Shown: in pieces, positions 10,386-19,417 of the stretch
Numbering within the stretch: the first letter of the stretch is position 1
Layout: the number at the start of each line of letters is the position of its first letter
Source of the DNA: Pelagomonas calceolata
Lineage: Eukaryota
NCBI GenBank assembly: GCA_918797485.1
Contig: CAKKNE010000004.1
Location: 3,100,001-3,164,000, forward strand
DNA: 64,000 nucleotides
Reading direction: 5' to 3'
Position numbers and translations under genes: made by a program
The notes under the pieces: generated by a model
The model's input: only the letters and a program-made list of their open reading frames with translations
Databases searched by the model: none
Told to the model about the DNA's origin: nothing

Positions 10386-11759
10386 CTACACCTGGCGCCT
10401 CGCGAACGGATCGACGTCCGCGAGTTCCCGCCACACATCGCTTTCGAGCGCGTCGGCGAGCGCGTCCGCCGCCGACGCGTGGCCGGCCCGTGCGGCCGCG
10501 GTCCAGTGCTCGATCGCCGAGCTGTCGGCGCCGCGCGCGTCCGCGAGCGTGCCGAGCAAGGCGTGTGCATTGGCACTTCCAGCAGCCGCCGCGCGATGGA
10601 GGAACAGGGAATTGCCGGGCGGCGTCGCCGCCTTGGCAAAGAGGACGTCTGGGTCGTCGTCCTCCTTCTCCGCGCCGTCGCGACGATTGTACCACACGAC
10701 CAGTGAGCTTCTGATTCCGCACACGGTCGCTACGCCGTGAATCAGCTCGGCGTTGTGCAAACAAGCGTCTCGGCCGTCGGCCGCAAACGGCACGAGGCGA
10801 CGCGAGGAGCAGTGCGGGTGAGACTGCACGAAGTAGCCGCCACCTTCGTAGGCGGCCGGGTCCAGATCAACAACGGCCGTTGCCACGGTGGGCCGCGCGT
10901 CGAAGTGAGGCCCGAGCGCCGCGCGGCCAGCGGCGTCGCCCGAGTCGTAGCGCCGGAGGAAAGCAGCGGCCGGGACGAGGTCGTGACGGTGCGCGCGCCG
11001 CGCAATCCTAGCGCCGATCTCGAGTGCGCGCTCCGCTAGCGCCCCCTCGAGCATCGCATGTTGCTCCGGGAGTCCATCGACCGAGTCCTCGCCGTCCGAG
11101 AGTTGTACGTCGGCGGTGCGAAACGCTTCGACCTCGTCCGGCGAGAGCGCCTCGGGGACGAGGCGGCAGCGATCGTTGTCGCGCAACGGCCAGTCGCGCC
11201 GCGCACCAAGCAGTCGCAGCGCCCGGACCGCGTCCCGTTCGCCGTCAAGCGCCAGCGTGGTGAGCTGCGTCGGGGCCTCGCGGTCGTCCAAAACTAAAAG
11301 GTCGTCGTCACTCCCTTCGCAAAAGCCGATCGCCTCAAGTGCCGCCGACGACGCACTTAACGCGCCGCCAAGCGGATCAGCGAGCCGTTTGCGCGGCGGA
11401 GGTGGTGGTGGCACGGCTCGCAGGCGCGTCGCCGGGGAATCAAAAGTCGCGAGGAACGTCACAAGGAGCTTGAGCGCGAGCGGAATCGCGCCACGCAGCT
11501 GCCGGTTCGGGCCGACCGAAGGGTCCGACGAATCCCCAAGCCAGACAGCGAAGTCATTACCATGCGAGACCAGCGCGCCGGCCGCCAACAGCACGCCATC
11601 GTCCGTCGCCCACAGTGCATTCACGCAGCGCTCGCCCGGCTCGAGGTCCTCATCCCCGACAAAGCCCGCCGGCGCGGGCTCGATCGACAGAGCGGTGCGG
11701 CACCGCGTGCGCTGCCAGTCACCGGTCCTCAGCAGCCCGAAGAGCAGGAATGCATGCAT
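10386..11759 (-). CDS. 2OG-Fe(II) dioxygenase (P4H/PLOD-like) with PUB-like region and C-terminal Sel1-like repeat
   Basis: FLRRY..LGPHFD (HxD), YEGGG, IHGV (distal His), GIRSSLVVW (Arg); AAAAGSANAHALLG..AIEHWTAAARAGH Sel1-like; ALEAIGF PUB-like. Confidence 0.7.
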   Translation of the reverse strand: MHAFLLFGLLRTGDWQRTRCRTALSIEPAPAGFVGDEDLEPGERCVNALWATDDGVLLAAGALVSHGNDFAVWLGDSSDPSVGPNRQLRGAIPLALKLLVTFLATFDSPATRLRAVPPPPPPRKRLADPLGGALSASSAALEAIGFCEGSDDDLLVLDDREAPTQLTTLALDGERDAVRALRLLGARRDWPLRDNDRCRLVPEALSPDEVEAFRTADVQLSDGEDSVDGLPEQHAMLEGALAERALEIGARIARRAHRHDLVPAAAFLRRYDSGDAAGRAALGPHFDARPTVATAVVDLDPAAYEGGGYFVQSHPHCSSRRLVPFAADGRDACLHNAELIHGVATVCGIRSSLVVWYNRRDGAEKEDDDPDVLFAKAATPPGNSLFLHRAAAAGSANAHALLGTLADARGADSSAIEHWTAAARAGHASAADALADALESDVWRELADVDPFARRQV

Positions 11760-11954
11760 CCGTCCATTGATGTGCGGCGCTTTGCTGCTGATTGCTGCCC
11801 AATGTGCAGTGGCAGTGCTGATTTTGTGTTAATGGTGCGCGAGCGCTGCAGCACGCGATGCTATATCGATTGACGAGAGTCAAATCAAGTTGTAAAAGGT
11901 ATGCAACCGCACAGCTCCGTGCAGAGCCTGCACCACAAAAGCTGCTGCCCCAGG

Positions 11955-11975
11955 CTAGTGTCTCACGACGCTAGC
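11955..11975 (+). promoter_or_regulatory. CTAG bipartite upstream motif (variant)
   Basis: CTAGTGTCTCAC-GA-CGCTAGC between divergent genes. Confidence 0.6.
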
Positions 11976-12255
11976 GCGTGAGACGCGTCCAGCCACAGAC
12001 AAGCATCCCTAGCGCGCCGCTTGAGGCCTGCACCCGGTCCGTAAACCAACCCGCACCACAGCGCCAAAGCGCAGATTTCGACGCGCCGGGGCAGCCAAAA
12101 AAAGCAAGCGCCGGGTCTCATCATTGCGACGGGATCTCTGCTCGACAGCGTCACCGACCCAGTTCTTAAGCGCCGCCGCAGCAAGGAGCTGCAAGCGGTA
12201 CCGTCCAGCAAGGGCAGCCCATTCTCCAGGCTCCATAGCGCCGCGAGGCGAAACC

Positions 12256-13209
12256 ATGGCCGAGTGGAGCGGCGTCCGCATGACGAAAAAGTACCTAGTG
12301 GAACTCTGCCAGAGACACGACGGATATAGGACACCGTCGGTGAACGATAAATTATACCTCCACCAACAAGGGTTCCGACGGCTCGACCCCGAGGTCCTCA
12401 AGGAGTTCACGGGCATCAAGATGCTGTGGCTCCAGGCTAATGGTTTGGAGAAGCTCGAGGGTTTTGAACATATGCCGCTGTTGAGAAACATCGCGGCTCA
12501 TGAAAATTGCATTGAAAAAATAGAAGGCTTAGAACATTCCAAGGAGTTGGATTCTATAAACTTGAACAGAAACTTCATCAAGAAGGTCGAGGGCTTCGAA
12601 AAGAATCAAAATTTAACAAGTATCAATCTCGGTAACAACGCGATCGGCCCTGATGCTGAAAGTTATAAAGCCGTCGCAGAAAACTTGCCAAAGCTCCAAA
12701 CGTTAGATTTACAAGCTAATAAAATAGAAGATGGTGCCGAACTGTTGAAAATATTGCAAAAAATACCCGACCTGCGCGTCTTTTATGGGATGGGCAACCC
12801 TTTCGTCAAAAGCTTCCGACACTACCGTAAAAGATTCGTGGCCGGTTTACCTTCTTTGCGATACTTGGACGACCGGCCGGTCTTCGAGGATGAAAGAAAA
12901 AGATGCGAGGCGTGGTTCGCTGCTTTTGGCGAAGACGAAAATTTGGACGCAGCAAATGCCGCGGAGCGCGACATGATCAAAACTATAAAACAGGAGAAGC
13001 GCGACCAGGAGGAGCGCCGCGTCAAGGCTTTCGATGATATGATCCGCGAGGCGCGCGCGGCGCACGCCGCGGCCGAGGCGGCGAAGCAGTTGGAGGGCGT
13101 GTCCTTCTCGGGCGACCCCATCCACGGCGTGAACGGGCCGCTTCGTGATGAAAACGCGGACCCGAACAAGCCGCGGAAGCCGTTTGTCGACGTCGAGGAC
13201 CTGGACTAA
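12256..13209 (+). CDS. DNAAF1: Dynein axonemal assembly factor 1 (LRRC50/ODA7)-like LRR protein
   Basis: MTKKYLVELC..YRTPSVNDKLYLH..GF, SDS22-type LRRs, YRK..LRYLDDRPVFEDER. Confidence 0.85.
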   Translation: MAEWSGVRMTKKYLVELCQRHDGYRTPSVNDKLYLHQQGFRRLDPEVLKEFTGIKMLWLQANGLEKLEGFEHMPLLRNIAAHENCIEKIEGLEHSKELDSINLNRNFIKKVEGFEKNQNLTSINLGNNAIGPDAESYKAVAENLPKLQTLDLQANKIEDGAELLKILQKIPDLRVFYGMGNPFVKSFRHYRKRFVAGLPSLRYLDDRPVFEDERKRCEAWFAAFGEDENLDAANAAERDMIKTIKQEKRDQEERRVKAFDDMIREARAAHAAAEAAKQLEGVSFSGDPIHGVNGPLRDENADPNKPRKPFVDVEDLD

Positions 13210-13533
13210 TATTTGGTTTGCGTATTTATTCCCTCGTCGCGGCGACGGCGTGCTTGCAGTCTCCTCGCGCGGGCCGCGGCAGGACTCTCTCACGCCATCG
13301 AGCAGACGCCAGACAAGTCGGCAGGCCGTGACGCAGTCATCTGTCTCCTCGTGGCGTGCGACGTGTGGGCAGCAGGCGCCGCGCGCGGGCATATAATAAA
13401 CGTGGCGTTGCTTTGCTTAGAGCTAGGCCGCTACCACCACCGACTTCGGGGCGAGCGTGACCGAACGCCCCGGGCGGGCGCCCCCAGCCCTCATACGCCG
13501 CCGCCCCGAGTGTTAGCGTTAGCGATATATAGA

Positions 13534-14979
13534 CTAGGGCGACGCGAACTTGGCCTCCTCGGCCCGCCGCTGCTCGGCCGCCAGCAGCGCCCGCAGCCGC
13601 GCGAGCCGCGCGTCCGACGCCGGCTCCGAAACGCCAAAGTCGCCGAACTCCGGGTGCGACCCCCAAGCACACACGGACACGGACCGCTGTAATAAAGCGT
13701 GGCCCTTGGGCAGCAGCGCGGGGTGCTGCGGCGTGCCCATCGCGCTCAGAGGCGTGCCCCTACGACTCCCGGTCGAGGAGGACGTGAACCTTCCTAGACG
13801 CGGCGCCGGCGTCGGCATCAATGATTGAGGAACCCAGGTCGGCCTCGATGTTTTCTCTTCATCACTCAAAGGCGAACTTCTATACCGCATGCGCTGCGAC
13901 CGCGCCAATCGAGGTGGTCTATCAGAAGGCGCGAAGGACGGCCGGTCCGAGGGCATCATTGATGATCCCCTTCCATTGAGCGCCGCCGCTAGGTCCGACG
14001 AGCCGCGCCGCGACGAGTCGCGCCGCCGCCTTGCACTGGCAAGGGAGTCGCGGTCGTTGAATCCCACGGAGAACCGGCCCGACGCCCGCACCGTCGACGC
14101 GTCGGAGTCGCGCGGCGGCCGCCGCGTCTGTGCGCTATCGAAGGACAGCTTGCACGGGCCCGCCGGCGGCCGGCCCGTGTTGTCGCACGACCTAGCGCGC
14201 TGTAATTCCCCTCTCCCGGGCGTCGCGAAGAAGACGGTCCGCGCCTCGGGTGCTGCTGAATCCATCGATAAAGCTCGGTGCGGCGGCGAGTGCGGTGTTT
14301 CGCTTCCTAAGTTGGACGATGAGGAGCGTAGGAGACCGCCCATGCGATCCACGAGCGAATCGCATCGCGCCAGCGGCCCCGCTCGCAGCGAGGGCGGCGG
14401 CGGCGGCGGCGGGCTCTCGGCTATCATGTTGCGGATGGGCAGGCCGTCCGTGGAAGAGGTGGACGACGTCCGTGCCACGATCGACGGCCGCTCCAGCCGC
14501 TCATCTTCCGACGACTTGCCGTCCGTGTCCTCGTCGTCGTCATCGAGCGCCGCCGTGCCCTCGAGGCCCGCGCGCAGCCGCCGCGCGACGTCCGGCGGCG
14601 CGTGGTAGGGAATGCCGCCGACGCCGGCCAGGCCGTCGCCCGACGTGGCCACGATCGATCTCAACCCCAGGCGTTCGCAGAGCGCCGCTATTCTCGCGTT
14701 TCTGCTTCTCGACCACCCTGGCTCCGCTCTAACGACGCGGCCCGAGTCGGGGCCCGCGCCCTCGGCGTCGGCCTGCCGTAATGCCTTGCGGAGCCACCGC
14801 CGGTCGGCGGGCCGCGCCTTGCGGAGCGTGCGCGCCGCGCCTTCCGGCGACGCCTCGGGCTTGTCGTCGCTGTAGCGCGACGCGCGCTCGCGCTTCCGGT
14901 TCGTGAGGCCGCTTCCCCGGAGCGGCAACTCGACGTCGTCGCTCGGCTTCGGCCGGCCACGCAGGCGGCCCTCGTACAT
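13534..14979 (-). CDS. Hypothetical Ser/Arg/Pro-rich low-complexity protein
   Basis: Long ORF with first ATG at 14979 (MYEGRL); no recognisable domain. Confidence 0.55.
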   Translation of the reverse strand: MYEGRLRGRPKPSDDVELPLRGSGLTNRKRERASRYSDDKPEASPEGAARTLRKARPADRRWLRKALRQADAEGAGPDSGRVVRAEPGWSRSRNARIAALCERLGLRSIVATSGDGLAGVGGIPYHAPPDVARRLRAGLEGTAALDDDDEDTDGKSSEDERLERPSIVARTSSTSSTDGLPIRNMIAESPPPPPPPSLRAGPLARCDSLVDRMGGLLRSSSSNLGSETPHSPPHRALSMDSAAPEARTVFFATPGRGELQRARSCDNTGRPPAGPCKLSFDSAQTRRPPRDSDASTVRASGRFSVGFNDRDSLASARRRRDSSRRGSSDLAAALNGRGSSMMPSDRPSFAPSDRPPRLARSQRMRYRSSPLSDEEKTSRPTWVPQSLMPTPAPRLGRFTSSSTGSRRGTPLSAMGTPQHPALLPKGHALLQRSVSVCAWGSHPEFGDFGVSEPASDARLARLRALLAAEQRRAEEAKFASP

Positions 14980-15490
14980 CGTTGAGGGCTGCGGCGCCTT
15001 GCTCAGGCGACCTGCTGCCCGGGTGGCGCGGCGGGAGGCGCCGTTTATGGGTGTGGACAGGCCTTCACCGACAAACGCAACACGGCCCCTTCCGCGGCGC
15101 GCGTCGGTGCGGCTGGGCCTGGCGTCGAGCGGCGTGACCCTGCTGGTCCCCACGGGCCGCTCGGTCGGCCCTCGCGCCGCCTCACGCCAAAATGCAGCGC
15201 CAAAACGCCAGCGGCCAGCTGCTTTTTTGCAGGTTTTGGCTTTTTAACGATTTTAGGAAACGTCCACGCACGCGTGCGAAGTGGCTCTAGCGGTGGTCAG
15301 ACAGGCCCAAGGGTCCTCGACGCGCCTTGCGCCGGCCGCTCCGGGCCTAGCGTAGAGCGCGGTCGTAGACGCGCGAAGTTCCTGAGCCAAGCGGAACTGC
15401 TGCAACTGGTTAGGTAAGGATGATTCCAGGCGACCAATTGCCGACCCAGACTGAGAAGAAGGAAGCGTGCGGTGCGCATCCATGCGTCTT

Positions 15491-15514
15491 GCTAGTGTCT
15501 TACATGCCGCTAGC
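15491..15514 (+). promoter_or_regulatory. CTAG bipartite upstream motif
   Basis: GCTAGTGTCTTAC-ATGC-CGCTAGC between divergent genes. Confidence 0.65.
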
Positions 15515-15649
15515 AAGCACACGCCTAAAAGCAAGCCCAATTGAGGCCGCTGTCGCGTGCCCAGAGCGGCTGACTGCTGATTTACAACTCAACACTGTGG
15601 CCGAGCAGCCCTACTATCGAATCCGACCGCTGCTGCACCGGTAAGAGCA

Positions 15650-16255
15650 ATGCCATCCTCAGACAGCTCCAGCAGCAGTGAGGACCGCAAGCGCAAGAAA
15701 AAGAAGCACAAGAAAGAGCACAAACACAAAAAGCACAAGAAGGAGAAAAAATCCAAGAAGGAGAAGAAACGCCGCCGCGACGACGACGACGACGCTCCGG
15801 TCGTCGCGGCGAATATCCCGAGTGAAAAGCTCGACGCCGAGGACGACTACTACGCGAGGGCAGCGGAGTTCCGCACCTGGCTGCGCGACGCCAAGGACCT
15901 CTACTTGGACGACATCGCGGCCGACGAGGCGCGGAAGCTCTTCGCGCAATTCGCGGAGCGCTGGAACGCCGGGCGCCTCGACGCGAGCTACTACAGCGGC
16001 GAGGCGGCCGGCCGCGGCGGCAAGCGCACGCGCCACGCGTGGAGCTTCAAGCTCTCCGACACGGAGGCGCGCGGGTTGGCGTCGACGCGGGCCGCCGTAT
16101 CTCGGCAGTCCGCGCAGGACGACCCCACACTGATCCGCCAATTCGACAAACAACCCGCGGTCGTGGCGAAGCCGTGCCGGCCGCAGGTGAAGCCTCGCGA
16201 CGACGGCGCCGAGCTGAGGCGCTTGAAGGTGCCGCCGCGGCCGCCGGGCGAGTGA
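15650..16255 (+). CDS. Lys/His-rich nuclear protein, SCI1 (style cell-cycle inhibitor)-like family
   Basis: KKKKHKKEHK N-terminus and DDYY..AEFRTWL..ARKLF..F..RWNAGRL..YY conserved block. Confidence 0.7.
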   Translation: MPSSDSSSSSEDRKRKKKKHKKEHKHKKHKKEKKSKKEKKRRRDDDDDAPVVAANIPSEKLDAEDDYYARAAEFRTWLRDAKDLYLDDIAADEARKLFAQFAERWNAGRLDASYYSGEAAGRGGKRTRHAWSFKLSDTEARGLASTRAAVSRQSAQDDPTLIRQFDKQPAVVAKPCRPQVKPRDDGAELRRLKVPPRPPGE

Positions 16256-16414
16256 GGAGTAATCTGTCTTGTGATAGATGCCCACTCGACGAGGCACTTT
16301 CGACAAGCCAACCCGCATGATCGGCATGGCTCTTTTTATGATCGGCCTGCCGATCGTGGCCACACGCAGGCTGCCCCGAACTCAAACGAGGCTAAAATCG
16401 CCCGGCACGAAGCC

Positions 16415-17203
16415 ATGATTACACAAGTAACGCTTTACACAGCGATTGGAACGAGTCTCGCACTCCATTGGGGCAGCACACACAGGCTGCCCCAAAAAAC
16501 ACTGCGCCGCGCGACGCTCATCGAGGATATTCAGATTTCCGACGAAGCCGAAGCCCTCCACGTGCTACGGGTCGACTTGGGCGGCGAGCTGGGCGCGGTG
16601 CGCCTCCACGCGCCCGTCTCGCGGCTGACGCGCTGGCCGGCCGGGGACATCTGGCCCGCGGGACGCGCGCTCGCCACACGACTGAGCGCGGAGCCGGGCC
16701 TCGTCCGCGGTCGCCGCGTGCTGGAGCTAGGAACGGGTCTCGGCGTCGCCGGAATCGCTGCAGCGGACGCCGGCGCCCGGCACGTCTTTCTCAGCGACAT
16801 TGATGCCTCGGCGGTGAAACTAGCTCTCCGGTCGCACGCGGAACTCGGACGCTCACCAGGCCGCGTCAGCGGGGCGCGTATCGACTTCGCGCGCGGCGGC
16901 TGGCCCGCGGCGATTCGCGCCGGCGCCGACGACACGGACGTCGTCATCGCGAGCGACGTGCTCTACTCCGAACGGCAGGCGCCGGCGCTCGCGCGCTTCC
17001 TCGCGGACTACCTCGCCGACCGGCCGCATGGGAAAGGGTATGTGATGAACCCACTGGCGAGAGATAAGGCGCGCATCGGCTTCGCTTTCATGGAAGAGGC
17101 GCGCGCGTTCGGGCTGCACGTCGAGGCCGAGGAGTACGCGTCCAGGGCTAGCGGCGCCGCGGACATGCAGCTGATCAAGGTCGAGAACACGCGCTCCGAG
17201 TAA
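16415..17203 (+). CDS. Family-16 (METTL21/EEF2KMT-like) lysine methyltransferase
   Basis: IWPAGRALA, RVLELGTGLGVAGI (motif I), VIASDVLY (DxxY). Confidence 0.8.
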   Translation: MITQVTLYTAIGTSLALHWGSTHRLPQKTLRRATLIEDIQISDEAEALHVLRVDLGGELGAVRLHAPVSRLTRWPAGDIWPAGRALATRLSAEPGLVRGRRVLELGTGLGVAGIAAADAGARHVFLSDIDASAVKLALRSHAELGRSPGRVSGARIDFARGGWPAAIRAGADDTDVVIASDVLYSERQAPALARFLADYLADRPHGKGYVMNPLARDKARIGFAFMEEARAFGLHVEAEEYASRASGAADMQLIKVENTRSE

Positions 17204-17317
17204 TACTCAACACTCGGGGCGACGGCGCATGGGGGCCGGGGGCGGGACGGGGGCGACGCCCCCCGGCGCGCGTCGGACCGCGGCGTACAACATCACCACA
17301 CTACTTATATGTTCACT

Positions 17318-17671
17318 TCAGAAGGACGGCGTCCCGAAGCGCCGCTTCTTGACGACGCCCTTGGCGCCGGCCCGCTTTTTCCGGGCGCCGCTCTCGTCGC
17401 AGCGCTTGCCCGAACACTTGGCGTTCGTGCAGTCCGCCTTCTGGCAGCGCGGCGCGCCCGGGCGCGCCTTGCGAGGAGGTGATGACTCGGGCTCGTCGAG
17501 CAGCGAGGACGCGGGTGCGGGAGCCCTCCGCTGTGGCGGCTCGTCGCGAAGCGAGGACGTGGGTGCCGCCGGCGCTGGCGCTGGCGCCGTCGTCGACGCC
17601 GGGACGGCTTGCCTGTAGCAGGCAAGCAACTCCTCGGCCGTGCCGCTAAAGAGGAGTGGTGGCTGTGACAT
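17318..17671 (-). CDS. Small hypothetical basic protein with Cys cluster
   Basis: 117-aa ORF with high GC3, CQKADCTNAKCSGKRC and basic tail. Confidence 0.4.
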   Translation of the reverse strand: MSQPPLLFSGTAEELLACYRQAVPASTTAPAPAPAAPTSSLRDEPPQRRAPAPASSLLDEPESSPPRKARPGAPRCQKADCTNAKCSGKRCDESGARKKRAGAKGVVKKRRFGTPSF

Positions 17672-17799
17672 CTTCTCACGACCGCGATTGCGGCATGTGC
17701 AGTATTACGATGGACCAAAACAGTGCTACAGGATCCTAGGATGCTGGAAACAGCACTACAAGCTTGTACCGCAGTATTAAGCTGCTTTGGCGCGCCGGC

Positions 17800-17856
17800 G
17801 TATGGGTATGGGTATGGGTATGGGTACAAGGTACAGGTACTAGGTACAGGTACTAC
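17800..17856. repeat. (GGGTAT)n / GGTAC microsatellite
   Basis: GTATGGGTATGGGTATGGGTATGGGTACAAGGTACAGGTACTAGGTACAGGTAC. Confidence 0.85.
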
Positions 17857-18087
17857 GAGGGTTTCTTGTTTCAGGTTTCCGCATGGAGTTGTGCTAGGTT
17901 GCAGGCTTCTGGATCAATAGAATGGGCTGAGGTTTCGGGCTCTCCAGCGCGCGGCCAACTCCGCAGCCGCGAGTACGTGGTTTCGAACCCTCTGATTGTG
18001 ACCCGTGTCGCGAACGAATTCTAGCGGCGAATCGCGCTTGGCGACGCGCCAGAGAGAGCCACCGCTAGCTCTAAGCAAAAGCGAGAC

Positions 18088-18990
18088 TTATGACGCCCCG
18101 CTCTCGGCCGGCGACTCGAGCGGCCGCGAAGTGGCAGGCGACTTGCCGTACGATACCAAGATGGCGTCCTGGTTCGGGGGCGGGTGCCACTGGACCTTCC
18201 GCCTCTCCGGATGGAAGTAGTAGGGCCGCGCGTTCTCGTAATCATAGGTCGCGAACCAGCCGTCGCGCATCTCGCAGGCTTTCGATTGGCGCCTTTTTCT
18301 CGTGTTGGCCGTGAAGGCGCCCGTCGAAGCTAGTGAAGAATTCATCATGGTATTGGGAGCGAAGCGCGGCACCTTGGACGGCTGATTTGATTGAGAGAGG
18401 ATGTGCGACTTGAGCGCGCCGTTGAGGGCGGCGATCTCGGCTGTGAGCGATTGTATTTCGTCCTGGTCACGTCGTGAGAATGTGGACGGAGGCGCCTCGT
18501 AGCGCGGCGTCGCGAGCCTCTTCACGTGGAGCTGGGCGCACTGCTGTGACAATTGTAGTAGTTTCTCCGTTGTAGACGCCCTTTCGGCCTCGTCGAGGCG
18601 GCGCTTCGTCGCCATGAGGTCGTCGCGCGCGCCCTCGTCCAGGCGCTGGGGCTCCTCGCCCGGGCCGCGCTGCGTCGGGTCCACGTAGCTCAGGTGGAAC
18701 CGCAACACGTACTGTTTGGCGTTGGAGAACTCCGGAGGTGCACAGGAAACAATAACGTCCACAGTTCTAAATCCTACGCGGTCGCGCGGCGGGAACAGGA
18801 TGGGAATCCGCGTCTGCTGGTTCGCTTCCAAGTCTAACCTAGGCGTGCCGACCTGCACGTTATCAGGAGACGTGCTCCAGAGCCACACCGTCCCGGGGAG
18901 CCGCCAGGGCACGCGACATCGCTTGGGCGTATTGACAAAAAGCGTCTGCGCGTACTCGCGCGTGTAGGCGGGAGCGCGCTGGGCGAGCAT
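18088..18990 (-). CDS. WW-domain protein with N-terminal beta-rich (NPHP4 C-terminal Ig-like?) domain and coiled coil
   Basis: DGWFATYDYENARPYYFHPERRKVQWHPP is a WW domain; ATG at 18990; N-domain similarity is by eye only. Confidence 0.7.
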   Translation of the reverse strand: MLAQRAPAYTREYAQTLFVNTPKRCRVPWRLPGTVWLWSTSPDNVQVGTPRLDLEANQQTRIPILFPPRDRVGFRTVDVIVSCAPPEFSNAKQYVLRFHLSYVDPTQRGPGEEPQRLDEGARDDLMATKRRLDEAERASTTEKLLQLSQQCAQLHVKRLATPRYEAPPSTFSRRDQDEIQSLTAEIAALNGALKSHILSQSNQPSKVPRFAPNTMMNSSLASTGAFTANTRKRRQSKACEMRDGWFATYDYENARPYYFHPERRKVQWHPPPNQDAILVSYGKSPATSRPLESPAESGAS

Positions 18991-19417
18991 CGTCGTGCGC
19001 CTTGGGGCAGCCTTGGTTCTGGTCTGTGGCGTCTGACGCGTGGCCTGCGGCGGCTGGCGTGCTGCACGACGCTGGCTTCGGCGGGGCAGCCACAACGTGA
19101 AACGATTTTGTCCGCCGGCCGGCGATGCGTCCCGGTGAGCGGTCGCGCGGCGGCGAGCCGTCGCAGACCTACGACCGACCGGGTGTGCGTCTTTTTTATG
19201 GGGCGGGTTTCGCGTGTAACTGCCCGGCCCCACTAGCCGGCTTAGCGCTTGGCCGTCCCGTCGCGGCGCAGGGCCCGGGATTCGCGGCCTGCAGCCTCAG
19301 GGCTCATTGGTAGCCCCCCAGCGTGCGCCACCGCTGCCCCGGCCGCGCGGCGGCGCGCGTTGCGGCCAGAGAAGACCTACATCGCGGTAGAGGGGCAGCC
19401 CCCCCAGCGCCGACGAA

